A stretch of DNA of 64,000 bases from assembly GCA_046290225.1 (NCBI GenBank), contig JBKAGE010000038.1, positions 1 to 64,000 on the forward strand, read 5' to 3'. The translations under genes were made by a program, and so were the position numbers. Position 1 is the first letter of the stretch. The number at the start of each line of letters is the position of its first letter. The stretch is from Bradymonadia bacterium. GTDB lineage: Bacteria > Myxococcota_A > Bradymonadia > UBA7976 > UBA1532. The notes under the pieces are model-generated. The model did no database searches. It was not told the DNA's origin and worked only from the letters and a program-made list of their open reading frames with translations. This document shows, in pieces, positions 54,245 through 63,776 of this stretch.

Positions 54245-55230
54245 GCGCCAGCCCCCTGCCCCTCGCTCAACGCGCCCGTATTCTGAGAGCTCTGAGGGCG
54301 CACTTCGACGCTCAGGGCTTCATCGAGATCGAAGCCCCGGTGCTGGTGGTCTCTCCAGGCATGGAGCCTCACCTCGACGCCTTCGAGGTGAAGCGCAGCC
54401 CCGAGCCTGATCGACGGTTCCTGCACACCAGCCCCGAGTACGCGCTCAAGCGTTTACTTGGCGAGGGCTATGATCGCATCTACAGCCTCGGCCCCTGTTT
54501 CAGAGACGAGCCCACGTCGTCGACCCACAGCCCCGAATTCACCATGTTGGAGTGGTATCAGAAGGGGCTCGACCTCGAGGGCTTGATGGCACAGACCGAG
54601 GCCGCCGTAGCCAGCGCTTGCCGGGCGATTCACGGTGGCACCGATTGTGTGTATCGGGGCCAGCAGCTGTCTCTGTCACCCCCCTTCGAGCGCATGTCGG
54701 TGCAGCAGGCCTTCAAGCGCTTCGCCCGCATCGATCCATGGCAGTACGCTCAGGCCGACACCTTGCGGATGGCCGCCCGGATGGCCGGCGTCGCCGTGCC
54801 CACCGACAGCGGGTCCTGGGACGACGTCTTCTTCCAGATCTTCCTCAACGCCGTAGAGCCTCGCCTGGGTCGAAGCAAGCCCACATTGCTGCACGGCTGG
54901 CCTGCGAGCCAGGCCGCTCTCGCCCGGCTGGATCCCTTTGATCCGCGTCGTGCCCTGAGGTTCGAGCTCTACGCGGGTGGCATCGAACTCGCCAACGCCT
55001 TCGACGAGCTGACAGATGCCGAAGAGCAGCGCAGCCGGTTCCAGAAAGAGCAGGTGGAGCGCAGCCAGATGGGCAAGACCGTGCTGCCCATCGACGAGCA
55101 GCTGCTCGAAGCCCTGCCCCGAATGGGCCCCACCTCGGGCATCGCCCTCGGTGTGGATCGACTGGTGATGTTGCTCCTCGACGCCCCTGACATCAGTCAT
55201 GTCCGGGCACAGCCCTGGCGCGGTTGGTGA
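54241..55230 (+). CDS. epmA: EF-P lysine aminoacylase (EpmA/GenX/PoxA)
   Basis: LHTSPEYALKRLL, FRDE, HSPEFTMLEWY, RFELY..GIELANAFDELTD, GIALGVDRL. No anticodon-binding domain. Confidence 0.95.
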   Translation: MSASPLPLAQRARILRALRAHFDAQGFIEIEAPVLVVSPGMEPHLDAFEVKRSPEPDRRFLHTSPEYALKRLLGEGYDRIYSLGPCFRDEPTSSTHSPEFTMLEWYQKGLDLEGLMAQTEAAVASACRAIHGGTDCVYRGQQLSLSPPFERMSVQQAFKRFARIDPWQYAQADTLRMAARMAGVAVPTDSGSWDDVFFQIFLNAVEPRLGRSKPTLLHGWPASQAALARLDPFDPRRALRFELYAGGIELANAFDELTDAEEQRSRFQKEQVERSQMGKTVLPIDEQLLEALPRMGPTSGIALGVDRLVMLLLDAPDISHVRAQPWRGW

Positions 55231-55964
55231 TGATCCCTGATCGCGGCCTGCTCTGGCTGTCTGCATGCGACAGCACCAACGACGAGGCCTGGGATCGGGT
55301 CAATGATCCTGCAGTGCAGGCCGTGGCCACTGATCAGCAACACCGCGGCCGGGGCCGACGAGGGCGCAGCTGGCACTCTCCTCCAGGCATGGGTCTCTAC
55401 CTCAGCTGGATCGCACGCCCCACCCTGCCGCCCGAGCTCGGTGGCTGGCTCCCGCTCATGGCAGCGGTGGCCGCAGCGCGCGTATGTGAGCATCATGGCA
55501 TCACACCACAACTCAAGTGGCCCAATGATCTGCTGCTCGACGGGGGCAAGCTCGCTGGCATCCTGTGCGAGGCCCGGGCTCAGGGCGCTCGCTGGCAGGC
55601 AGTGGTTGGCATTGGACTCAACCTGCGCACGCCCGAAGGTGGGTTCCCCGAAGGCGTCCCTGGCACCGCCCTCGATCTGCCCTCGGAGATCTCACCGCGA
55701 GAGATCGCCCGTCAAATGGTGGAATCTCTCAACGCTGGCCTTCGGGAGATGGAAGCGCGGCCAAGTGACTTGACGGCCTTGGCCCAGGCATGGGAAGCCC
55801 GAAGTCTCCCCCACGGCACACCACTGCGTCGAGGTGAATGGGTGGGCACCTTCGAAGGGCTCGCCCCTGACGGCAGCTTGAAGCTGAAGCGCCCCGACGG
55901 CACCGTCGAGGTGATCCGCACCGGCGAAGTGGAGCTGATTCAGTGGGGACCCACTGCGCCCTGA
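55227..55964 (+). CDS. birA: Biotin--protein ligase (monofunctional, no HTH)
   Basis: STND, Q.RGRGRRGRSW, LKWPND, KLAGILCE, GIGLN. Confidence 0.93.
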   Translation: MMIPDRGLLWLSACDSTNDEAWDRVNDPAVQAVATDQQHRGRGRRGRSWHSPPGMGLYLSWIARPTLPPELGGWLPLMAAVAAARVCEHHGITPQLKWPNDLLLDGGKLAGILCEARAQGARWQAVVGIGLNLRTPEGGFPEGVPGTALDLPSEISPREIARQMVESLNAGLREMEARPSDLTALAQAWEARSLPHGTPLRRGEWVGTFEGLAPDGSLKLKRPDGTVEVIRTGEVELIQWGPTAP

Positions 55965-55971
55965 GGCTCAT

Positions 55972-56751
55972 GTGCTCTTCGCTCTCGACATCGGTAACGA
56001 TCTGACCACCCTCGGCCTCTACGACGGCCAGCACCTGCGCGCTCGATGGCAGATCACGACACCAGAAGACCAGAGTGCCGACGAGATCGCCCTCAAGCTC
56101 AGCGGGCTGTTGCAGATGAAGGGCTTCAGCGCCGAGCAGATCACCGACGCCATCATTGGCAGCGTCGTGCCTCCACTCACCGAGCGATGCGCCACCACCC
56201 TCGAGGATCATTTCGGCGTGAAGCCGAAGGTGGTGGGCCCGGGTCTCAAAACGGGCATGGCCATCAAGTACGAAGATCCCCGGGCGGTGGGTGCAGATCG
56301 CATCGCCAACGCCATCGCAGCACGTGCGCAACACCCCGAGGGCGGGCTTCTGCTCGTCGCCCTGGGCACAGCCACCACCCTCGACGTCGTCAGCCCGAAG
56401 GGCGCCTACCTCGGCGGGGCGATCTGCCCCGGGCTCGCCCTTACGGCAGAAGCACTCTTCAGCCGCGGGGCCCGACTGCCGAGGGTGGAGATCAAGCCCC
56501 CAGCGCAGGTGGTGGGTCGCAATACCATCACCAGCCTGCAGTCGGGTTTACTCTATGGCCATGTCAGCATGGTCGACGGCCTCGGCGATCGTATGCTCGA
56601 GGCGCTGGACTTCGAGTGTACGGTCATCGCCACGGGCCCATTGGCTTCGACCCTCGCGCCTATGAGTAAATTGATTCAACACGTGGCGCCGCAGCTCACC
56701 CTCGACGGGCTCATGTTGCTGTACCACCGCAACCGCCGCAGCGGCCGCTGA
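55972..56751 (+). CDS. coaX: Type III pantothenate kinase
   Basis: ALDIGN, SVVP, VGADR, GTATT.D, YLGGAI.PG, IATG. Confidence 0.95.
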   Translation: MLFALDIGNDLTTLGLYDGQHLRARWQITTPEDQSADEIALKLSGLLQMKGFSAEQITDAIIGSVVPPLTERCATTLEDHFGVKPKVVGPGLKTGMAIKYEDPRAVGADRIANAIAARAQHPEGGLLLVALGTATTLDVVSPKGAYLGGAICPGLALTAEALFSRGARLPRVEIKPPAQVVGRNTITSLQSGLLYGHVSMVDGLGDRMLEALDFECTVIATGPLASTLAPMSKLIQHVAPQLTLDGLMLLYHRNRRSGR

Positions 56752-56767
56752 GCGGCCAGGAGCTCAC

Positions 56768-57892
56768 ATGTCTCAGCACGTGATCCAGTTGCCTGAGCAG
56801 GCTCTCCTCCCCGAGCCCGCCCTCACGGATGAGATCAAACGTTTTGCAGGGGCCAACGCCCCAGGGCCTGCCCGCATGATGGCGGCAAAGGGCCTCGCCC
56901 CTCTGGGCCCGTGGGCTCAGCTGATCGCGCTCCATCAGTTCGTACACGGCGACGATGCTCAGCTGGCAGAGGCCGCGAGCAAGACCATGGGCAGCCTGCC
57001 CGACACCCTGGTCGTCGGTGGCCTTGCCACGCCCCTGCCGCCCGTCGTCCTCGACACCCTGGCCCGGCGCAAGCTCACCAACGTCGAGCTCATGACGCGT
57101 CTGCTCCTCAACCCCAACCTCGCCGACGACACGGCGACCTATGTGGCAGGCAAGGGCAACGAGCGCCTGACCGAGCTCGTGGCACAGAACCAGGCCCGTC
57201 TGCTCCGGAGCCCCGCCATCATCGAGGCGCTCTACTACAACCCGCAAACCCGCATGTCGACGGTGGATCGTGTGGTGGACTTCGCCGCCCGCAACGGGGT
57301 GAACCTCGATCACCTGCCGGGCTTCAAAGAGGTCCTTGCAGCGGTGAAGGAGCTCGCAGCCCCCACCGAAGAGGACATCGCAGCGGCAGAGGCTGTGGAC
57401 GAGATCCTGAACAGCCCAAGCGAGCTGCCCCCCTCGACTCAGAGCCACGAGCCTCAGTCGGCGACCCCACCACCCGAGGTGGGCCACTCCAAGAACCTCG
57501 CGGCTCAGATCCAGGAGATGTCGGTCCCTCACAAGGTGAGGCTGGCCCTCCTGGGCAACCAGTCGGCTCGGGCCATCCTGATTCAGGACACGAACAAGGT
57601 GGTCTGCCGAGCGGCCATCCGCAGCCCCCGCCTCAGCGAAAAGGAGGTGGTGTCGTTCTGCAAAATGCGCTCACTGGATGGTGAGATCATCAGCCACATC
57701 GCGAATCACCGGGAGTGGACCCGCAAGTACCAGGTGAAGTTCCTACTGGTACAACACCCCAAAACACCACTGGCGGTGTCGATGACGTTCCTCAAGACGC
57801 TGCGCAAGAATGATCTGCGCACGCTGGCCCGCAGCAAGAGCATCCCGCAGGCGGTGGCGAGAGCGGCGAAGCGCCTCAGCTCACAAAACTGA
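56768..57892 (+). CDS. Conserved hypothetical helical-repeat protein of a deltaproteobacterial type
   Basis: ARMMAAKG..P, NQARLLR.P.II.ALY.NP, KVRLALLGN..AR..LI.D.NK, W..Y..K..LV.HPKTP. RBS aggag. Confidence 0.85.
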   Translation: MSQHVIQLPEQALLPEPALTDEIKRFAGANAPGPARMMAAKGLAPLGPWAQLIALHQFVHGDDAQLAEAASKTMGSLPDTLVVGGLATPLPPVVLDTLARRKLTNVELMTRLLLNPNLADDTATYVAGKGNERLTELVAQNQARLLRSPAIIEALYYNPQTRMSTVDRVVDFAARNGVNLDHLPGFKEVLAAVKELAAPTEEDIAAAEAVDEILNSPSELPPSTQSHEPQSATPPPEVGHSKNLAAQIQEMSVPHKVRLALLGNQSARAILIQDTNKVVCRAAIRSPRLSEKEVVSFCKMRSLDGEIISHIANHREWTRKYQVKFLLVQHPKTPLAVSMTFLKTLRKNDLRTLARSKSIPQAVARAAKRLSSQN

Positions 57893-57963
57893 GCGGACGA
57901 CCGCGCTGCGCGCCGTCCGCTCTGATTCTGTAATTGGTGCTGAAGCACCAATTACAGAATCAG
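57891..57963. terminator. Tandem hairpins between convergent genes (probable bidirectional terminator)
   Basis: gagcggacg/cgtccgctc (57891-57922), then a perfect 19-bp inverted repeat ctgattctgtaattggtgc-tgaa-gcaccaattacagaatcag (57922-57963). Confidence 0.75.
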
Positions 57964-58719
57964 GCCGCCGTCGATCTCGAGCACGCGGCCCGTGAAGTAA
58001 CCGTTCTCGAAGATGAACCGCACACCCGCGAAGATCTCCTCAGGCTCACCGAGGCGCTTCATCGGCACACCCTGCAGCACCCGCTCCAGGGCCGCCGGGG
58101 GCATCCCCTCGAGGATGGGGGTGCGGACGAAGCCCGGGGCGATGGCGCCGAAGCGCATGCCGTAGCGGACCAGCTCCTTCGACCACAGCACCGTGTCGGC
58201 CACGAGGCCCGCCTTGGCGGCGGAGTAGTTGCTCTGGCCGCGGTTACCGGCGCGGGAGATCGAGGAGATGTTCACCACCACCGAGTCGTCGATGCCGGCC
58301 TCGATCACGCGGGCGGCGAACTCACGGGTGCAGAGGAAGGGGCCGGTGAGGTTCACGTCGATGACCTGCTGCCACTTCTTGAGCGACATGGTCTTGATCT
58401 CGCCGGTGTTCTTGTCCTTCTTCACCAGAAGGCCGTCGCGGATGATGCCCGCGTTGTTCACCAGACCATTGATGCCGCCGAAGGCCGCGAAGGCCGCGTC
58501 CATCATGCCCTGCACCGAAGCCTCGTCGGCCACGTTGCACTCGAAGGCCTTGATCTCGCCGGGGAGGCCCTCGGCCTCGGTGACCAGCGTGGCCAGCTCT
58601 TCGGTGTTGAGATCGCACGCGGCGACCTTGGCCCCCTCGCGGGCAAAACTCAGGGCGAAGTAACGGCCCATGCCGCTGGCAGCGCCAGTGACCACAACCT
58701 TGGCGTCGGTGAGCTTCAT
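57952..58719 (-). CDS. SDR family 3-oxoacyl reductase (possible acetoacetyl-CoA reductase, PhaB-like)
   Basis: TGAASGMG, NNAGIIRDGLLVK, NISS, YSAAK, IAPGF. Start ATG 58719. Confidence 0.92.
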   Translation of the reverse strand: MKLTDAKVVVTGAASGMGRYFALSFAREGAKVAACDLNTEELATLVTEAEGLPGEIKAFECNVADEASVQGMMDAAFAAFGGINGLVNNAGIIRDGLLVKKDKNTGEIKTMSLKKWQQVIDVNLTGPFLCTREFAARVIEAGIDDSVVVNISSISRAGNRGQSNYSAAKAGLVADTVLWSKELVRYGMRFGAIAPGFVRTPILEGMPPAALERVLQGVPMKRLGEPEEIFAGVRFIFENGYFTGRVLEIDGGLIL

Positions 58720-58787
58720 TTGGCTTCCTCTCTGGTGAAGCGAGTCATGTGAAGAGAGAGGCTGAACAGGCCGGGGCATGCCGCCTC

Positions 58788-58856
58788 TTGCTGCATCGCA
58801 GCAATATGCAGAGATTGTGATGGCGATGCAACGCGTTCAGTCGCTGGTGCACCGCA
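58788..58856. promoter_or_regulatory. Palindromic operator cluster resembling PhaR boxes
   Basis: TTGCTGC-ATC-GCAGCAA at 58788-58804, near-copy tggcgatgcaa at 58821-58831, TGCACCGCA at 58848-58856. Confidence 0.55.
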
Positions 58857-58877
58857 AGAAAAGTGGAAGAGTCGGCC

Positions 58878-59927
58878 TCAGTTCGGTGCCGACTTCTTCT
58901 TGCCCTTCTTCTTACGCTTCGCCCGGCGGGCGGCGATCTTGTCTTTCCAGGCCTGGGGCGTCAGATCGAAGAACGAGAGCCCCTCCTCTTTCGACTTGGT
59001 GCGGGCGTTGAGCATGCGGCCCAGGCTCTTCATCTTGCTGTTGGCCAGCCAGTCCTGGAAGTTCGGCCCCGACTGCCAGTTGTAGTGGTAGTGCCCGTCG
59101 GCGTAGCCGTAGACGCTCCAGCCCAGGGTGTGCAGTGCAGTGGACTTCTCGTCGAAGGGCAGCGCCCCGATGTTCTCTTTGAAGCTCTGCTTGTAGTCGA
59201 AGTACTGCTCAGCGTTGGACATGTAGAGCGTGCGCACCTTCAGGCCCGCCTTCTCTGCCGCGGCGCCGATGGCCTTCAGCGTGCCCGGACCCGTCAGATC
59301 GCCCCGGACCGCGAAGACGCGGTTCTTGGCGTAGAGATCGCGGATGTAGTCGTACTGCGCCTGATCGGTGAGGAAGATGGAGATGTTGCGCTTCGTGTAG
59401 CGCTTCTTGCTGCCCTTGAGGCGGCGGATCACCACGTGCTGCGCCGTCTTGAAGGCCTTGAGCACATCTTTCAGGCGCTCACCCTCATAGGCCTCCTTGA
59501 TGAGACCGACGACCTCTTCCTTCTTGTCCTTCTGCCACCACGCGATGAAGTCCTCTGGCGTCTCTGCCTTGGCGAAGATCAGACGGTACACGTCGTGGAT
59601 ACGGGGGATCATGTGATCGAAGTCCATGAGGACCAGGATCTCCGGCTTGGACCAGGCCGCCAGCAGGTAGTTCTGATCAGTGCCCACCCCCACATAGACC
59701 CCGCCCGTGTCGCTGATGCGCTCTTGGAACAGATCGTGGCGATACTCGTTCGAGATCCAGTAGTGGGTGCTGCGGGTGATGTTCTTGGGCCGCGGATCCG
59801 CAGGGATCGACTCGAAGGTCTGCACCAGCTCTTGGGGCAGCGGATCGAGGGCGAGGGCTTCCGTGGCCAGCAGAGCGCTCAGGGCCAGGGTGCCCAGGAG
59901 GGCGTGCATCAGGGGTCGACGAATCAT
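58878..59927 (-). CDS. Exported hypothetical protein with SAM-methyltransferase-like motifs
   Basis: Signal peptide, ISNE, GGVYVGVGTDQNY, LMDFD, GDLTG, LYMSNAEQY, Lys-rich tail. Confidence 0.8.
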   Translation of the reverse strand: MIRRPLMHALLGTLALSALLATEALALDPLPQELVQTFESIPADPRPKNITRSTHYWISNEYRHDLFQERISDTGGVYVGVGTDQNYLLAAWSKPEILVLMDFDHMIPRIHDVYRLIFAKAETPEDFIAWWQKDKKEEVVGLIKEAYEGERLKDVLKAFKTAQHVVIRRLKGSKKRYTKRNISIFLTDQAQYDYIRDLYAKNRVFAVRGDLTGPGTLKAIGAAAEKAGLKVRTLYMSNAEQYFDYKQSFKENIGALPFDEKSTALHTLGWSVYGYADGHYHYNWQSGPNFQDWLANSKMKSLGRMLNARTKSKEEGLSFFDLTPQAWKDKIAARRAKRKKKGKKKSAPN

Positions 59928-60013
59928 GGGCGATCCTTATCAGTGGCCGTTCTGGCCACCCTCGAGCGCGGGTGTGCCGCGGCGTCCTCGCCGCGGCGAT
60001 ACTGCCTCGGCGC

Positions 60014-62128
60014 TCAGTAAGCGGCCAGAGCCTCCAGGGCGGCGACGACGTCGGGCACCTGGGGCAGAGTGGCGTCTTCCAGGTTGGGGTGATACCCCAC
60101 GAAGGCATCCTTCGCCGCCACCCGACGGACCGGAGCGTCCAACCATTCGAAAAGCTCGTCGGCAATGCGCGCACAAATCTCGGCGCCATAGCCCCAGGCC
60201 ATCGTCTCCTCGTGCACCATGGCCACCTTGCCGGTGCGCTTCACCGAGGCGGCGATGGTCTCCCAGTCGTAGGGCGCGAGGCTGCGCAGATCGTAAAGAT
60301 CGACGTTGATCCCCTTCTTGGCGAGCAGCTTCGCCGCCTGCGTGCTGCGGTGCACCAGGGCGCCGTAGGTGATCAAGGTGACGTCGTCGCCGGCCATGAC
60401 CTGACGGGCCTTGCCGAAAGGCACCATGTACTCGGCGCCGGGGTAGGCGCTCTTGTTGTAGGTCTGCCGGTACAGGTGCTTGGGCTCGAGGAACAGCACC
60501 GGATCGTCACAGCGGATCGCTGTGCGCAGCAGCCCTGCGGCGTCGAGGGCCGTCGAGGGCATCACCACCCGCAGACCGGGCACGTGGGTGAAGAGGGTCT
60601 CGGCGCTCTGACTGTGATAGGGGGCGCCGCCCTTGAGGTAGCCGCCACTGGGTACGCGGATGACCACCGGCGTGGACCAGCTGTTGTGGCTGCGCCAGCG
60701 GAAGGTGGCCAGCTCGTTCCGGATCTGCTGGTAAGCAGGCCAGATGTAGTCGAGGAACTGGATCTCCACCACAGGGCGCATGCCCCGAGCGGCCATGCCG
60801 ATGGCCCGGCCGATGATGTTGGCCTCGGCGAGGGGGCTGTTGAACACCCGGTTGGGACCAAAGCGCCGCTGCAGGCCCGCGGTGACCTTGAAGACCCCAC
60901 CCTTGCCCTTGCACTCGTCGAGGACCTCTTCCCGGGTGGCGTCGGCGACGTCTTCCCCGAAGAGGACGATGCGGGGATCGCGCTCCATCTCGTCGCGCAT
61001 GCAGCTGTTGAGCAGATCCACCATGGTGGTGGGCGTGCCCTCGAGCTGGGGCTCGGTGTCGAACTCGGCGCTCGTGGGATCGACGTCGGGGCTGTAGATG
61101 AACTGGTCCCAGTCACTCTCCCCTTCAGGCACAGGGGCCTTGAGAGAAGCTTCGGCAGCAGCATCCACCTCGGCGTCCACCTCGGCCTTCAGGGCGTCGA
61201 GGCCCGCGGCATCGAGATGGCCAGCATCCACGAGGTACTGAGCAAAAGCGTTCACCGGATCCCGCTCGGCATCCACGGCCCGCTCCGTCTCGGGGCGGTA
61301 CATGCGCTCGTCGTCGCTCATGGAGTGGCTGTAGGGGCGAACCACGTGGGCGTGGACCAGGGCAGGCCCCTTCCGGGCCCGGCACCAGGCCACGGCCTCG
61401 CTCATGGTGGCGTAGCTGGCCACCGGATCACAGCCGTCCACCTCGCGGATGAGCATATCGGGGAACCCGGCGAGCAGCTTGCTGATCGAGCCGCCAGCGG
61501 TCTGCGCCTCCACGGGGGTGCTGATGGCGTAGCCGTTGTCCTCCACGAGGAAGATGACCGGCAGCTGGCGCAAGCACGCGCTGTTGAGGGCTTCCCAGAA
61601 CTCACCCTGGCTGGTGGTGCCTTCGCCGGTGGTCACCAGCACCACCTCGCCCTCAGTGTGGCGCACGGCGTCAGCCACGGCGTCGATGCGCTCGGCGATC
61701 CAGCCCGCCTCGGCGGCGCCCACGGCATGTAGGAACTGGGTGCCCACGCAACTCGACTTGTTGATGACGTTGAGCTTGGCGTGGCTCCAGTGGCAGGGCA
61801 TCTGGCGACCGCCGCTGTTGGGATCTTCTGTGGAGCCCACGGCGGCGAGCAGGATCTCCTCGGCGGTCATGCCGAGCTGCAGCATCAGCGCGCGATCGCG
61901 GTAGTAGCTGATGACATAGTCGGTGCCCGGCGTCAGGGCCAGGCCCGCTGCGGTGAGGATGCCCTCGTGGCCAGCGCCGCTGATCTGGAAGTAGATGCGG
62001 TTCTGCCGCTTGAAGGCGATCTCCCGATCGTCCAGCCGCCGCGACAGGTAGATGTTGCGGTAGATGGCGACAAGCTGCTCCGGCGACAGGCCGGCGTCGG
62101 GGGCGGTCTCAAGGCGCTGCACAACCAT
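60014..62128 (-). CDS. 2-oxoacid (probably branched-chain) dehydrogenase E1, fused alpha-beta
   Basis: [43 protein letters not shown] (alpha). [25 protein letters not shown] (beta). Confidence 0.95.
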   Translation of the reverse strand: MVVQRLETAPDAGLSPEQLVAIYRNIYLSRRLDDREIAFKRQNRIYFQISGAGHEGILTAAGLALTPGTDYVISYYRDRALMLQLGMTAEEILLAAVGSTEDPNSGGRQMPCHWSHAKLNVINKSSCVGTQFLHAVGAAEAGWIAERIDAVADAVRHTEGEVVLVTTGEGTTSQGEFWEALNSACLRQLPVIFLVEDNGYAISTPVEAQTAGGSISKLLAGFPDMLIREVDGCDPVASYATMSEAVAWCRARKGPALVHAHVVRPYSHSMSDDERMYRPETERAVDAERDPVNAFAQYLVDAGHLDAAGLDALKAEVDAEVDAAAEASLKAPVPEGESDWDQFIYSPDVDPTSAEFDTEPQLEGTPTTMVDLLNSCMRDEMERDPRIVLFGEDVADATREEVLDECKGKGGVFKVTAGLQRRFGPNRVFNSPLAEANIIGRAIGMAARGMRPVVEIQFLDYIWPAYQQIRNELATFRWRSHNSWSTPVVIRVPSGGYLKGGAPYHSQSAETLFTHVPGLRVVMPSTALDAAGLLRTAIRCDDPVLFLEPKHLYRQTYNKSAYPGAEYMVPFGKARQVMAGDDVTLITYGALVHRSTQAAKLLAKKGINVDLYDLRSLAPYDWETIAASVKRTGKVAMVHEETMAWGYGAEICARIADELFEWLDAPVRRVAAKDAFVGYHPNLEDATLPQVPDVVAALEALAAY

Positions 62129-62295
62129 GATCTTCCCGTGGGGCTGGTGGTGAAGAGAGCGGGGTTCGATGACGCACGCTTTTTATCCGATGCGCACCGA
62201 TCAATAAAGCGCTTATCGCCCCGGCGCCGAGGGGCAGACCTCAGATCCTGACAAAGGCCTTACAGGGGGCCTTACAACGAGACTGACAACAGGCC

Positions 62296-63024
62296 CTACA
62301 GCGGAGGCGGCAACTTGTAGGGATCGTACTCCAGCGGCGTGGCGTGTCCCTGAGGAATCGCAAAGTCGAATCCGATGCGCATCGTCGCCATGAGGGCCGT
62401 TGAGCGGAACCCGCCGATGTCGATGCTCTCCACGCCCAGGCGCCCGATGCTCTCCACGAAGAAGTACGGGTCGGCATACCAGAGCGTACCCACCCCAGTC
62501 TCCACCCCCACGGCCCACCGCGTGCCCAGGGGGGGCTCCTCTTCACCGTCGATCCACAGCAACCCGCCTTCGATGAAGATCCCGCCGGCGAGGAAGAAGA
62601 ACTTCTCGTTGATGCCACGGGCTTGGAGCGCCAGCCCGCCCTTGGCCTCGACGAAGGTGGTGTCGCGATCGTCGACGAACTGCAGCCCGGAACGGCCGAG
62701 CCCACCATAGACGTGCAGGTTGAATTGCCCCCACGGGTCGAAGAACTGACGCCAGCCCAGCTGAGCAGAGACAGTGTTCGAGGGGAGCGTGGGCAAAGGG
62801 CCCGAGATGAGGGCGGCGCTGTCGAGCCGACTCGACAGCTCGAGGGTGAATGTCGGGGCGCCGATCAGCTCCGGCACGGCCCAGTACATCGCGTTGCCGG
62901 AGTTGGACGTAGCGCCGATGGCGTCGCCTTCCCCGCCGGAGATCTGGGCCCTCGCCTCACCCGCCCCGCCGACCATGGCCCAGAGCGCCAGACACATGGT
63001 CGTGCTCGTGATGCGCAGGCCCAC
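62296..63024 (-). CDS. Hypothetical exported protein, probable outer-membrane beta-barrel
   Basis: Signal peptide ending in ARA, then alternating Gly/aromatic beta-strands ending MRIGFDF. Confidence 0.7.
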   Translation of the reverse strand: MGLRITSTTMCLALWAMVGGAGEARAQISGGEGDAIGATSNSGNAMYWAVPELIGAPTFTLELSSRLDSAALISGPLPTLPSNTVSAQLGWRQFFDPWGQFNLHVYGGLGRSGLQFVDDRDTTFVEAKGGLALQARGINEKFFFLAGGIFIEGGLLWIDGEEEPPLGTRWAVGVETGVGTLWYADPYFFVESIGRLGVESIDIGGFRSTALMATMRIGFDFAIPQGHATPLEYDPYKLPPPL

Positions 63025-63148
63025 TCGAATCCTCCTCAGCGACTCGCCGTGGCTCTTCTATGTCTTCAGGTGTCGTGTGGTCAACGCTGATGCGCGGGCA
63101 AGACGCCCATGAGGCAGGCGCGGGGTTGGGGTGTGGGCGGCAGACGGT

Positions 63149-63670
63149 TCAGTCCACGCTCACCGAGCAGTGGCCCTTGTTGCCCACGTCACCCACGGGG
63201 CGGCTCTTGGGGTTGTTCTTGTCTTTGAGGCCCACGTAGAGGGTGCCGTTCTCCGGGACGAGGATCGTCTTGTTGCCCGGAACGTCGACGGGGCACGCGT
63301 TCCCTGCCTCGGACACGACGTACGCCTTGCAGCGCTGGGTGTCCTGACCCATACGGGTGGCGATGCACTTGGGGGTCCACTTGACCTTGGACTTCAAGGT
63401 GCGGCGGCCCTTGGCGGAGCTCTTGAGCACATCACCGCCATCGTAGATGCAGACAGTGACCTTGTCGGCGGTGCAGTTCACCACCTTGATCTCCGCCTTC
63501 CTCTCCTTGAACTTGTTGGCCGTCTTCTTGGTCTTCTTCCAGGCACCCTTGACGCCCTTGTTCTTCTTCTTGGCCTCGGCCTGATGCACCGGGGTGCTCA
63601 CGACGACTGTGGCTGTGAAGGCAGAGAGCGCCAGGGGCAGCCAGTTGATGCGTCGGGTGAGCTTGGACAT
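63149..63670 (-). CDS. Exported, highly cationic 6-Cys protein
   Basis: RBS aggag, signal peptide ending in AEA, Lys-rich mature N-terminus. Start moved to ATG 63670. Confidence 0.78.
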   Translation of the reverse strand: MSKLTRRINWLPLALSAFTATVVVSTPVHQAEAKKKNKGVKGAWKKTKKTANKFKERKAEIKVVNCTADKVTVCIYDGGDVLKSSAKGRRTLKSKVKWTPKCIATRMGQDTQRCKAYVVSEAGNACPVDVPGNKTILVPENGTLYVGLKDKNNPKSRPVGDVGNKGHCSVSVD

Positions 63671-63776
63671 GTTCAATCTCCTGATGGGGCCGGGTTGAAT
63701 GACGGGCAGATGCCTCGCGGTTCGACGTGAATTCCGTCTGTACGCGGGCACCACACGCAACAACGACTGAATTCAT

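Noticed and set aside
59943..59997. Two GC-rich hairpins between the E1 gene and the downstream gene
   Set aside because: Short GC stems are expected by chance at this GC content and there is no U-tract. At most an ordinary mRNA stability element.
60014..62128. Alpha-beta fusion of E1 without adjacent E2/E3 genes
   Set aside because: Fused E1 proteins are well known in many bacteria, so this is not novel.
62155..62215. ggggttcgat resembling a tRNA T-loop
   Set aside because: No cloverleaf, acceptor stem or D-arm can be built around it.
62248..62300. Short direct repeats (ctgacaa-aggccttacag, ggccttacaa, ctgacaacaggccctacag)
   Set aside because: Only 2-3 degenerate copies, no regular spacers and no cas genes, so not a CRISPR array. 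Probably a local duplication at a gene end.
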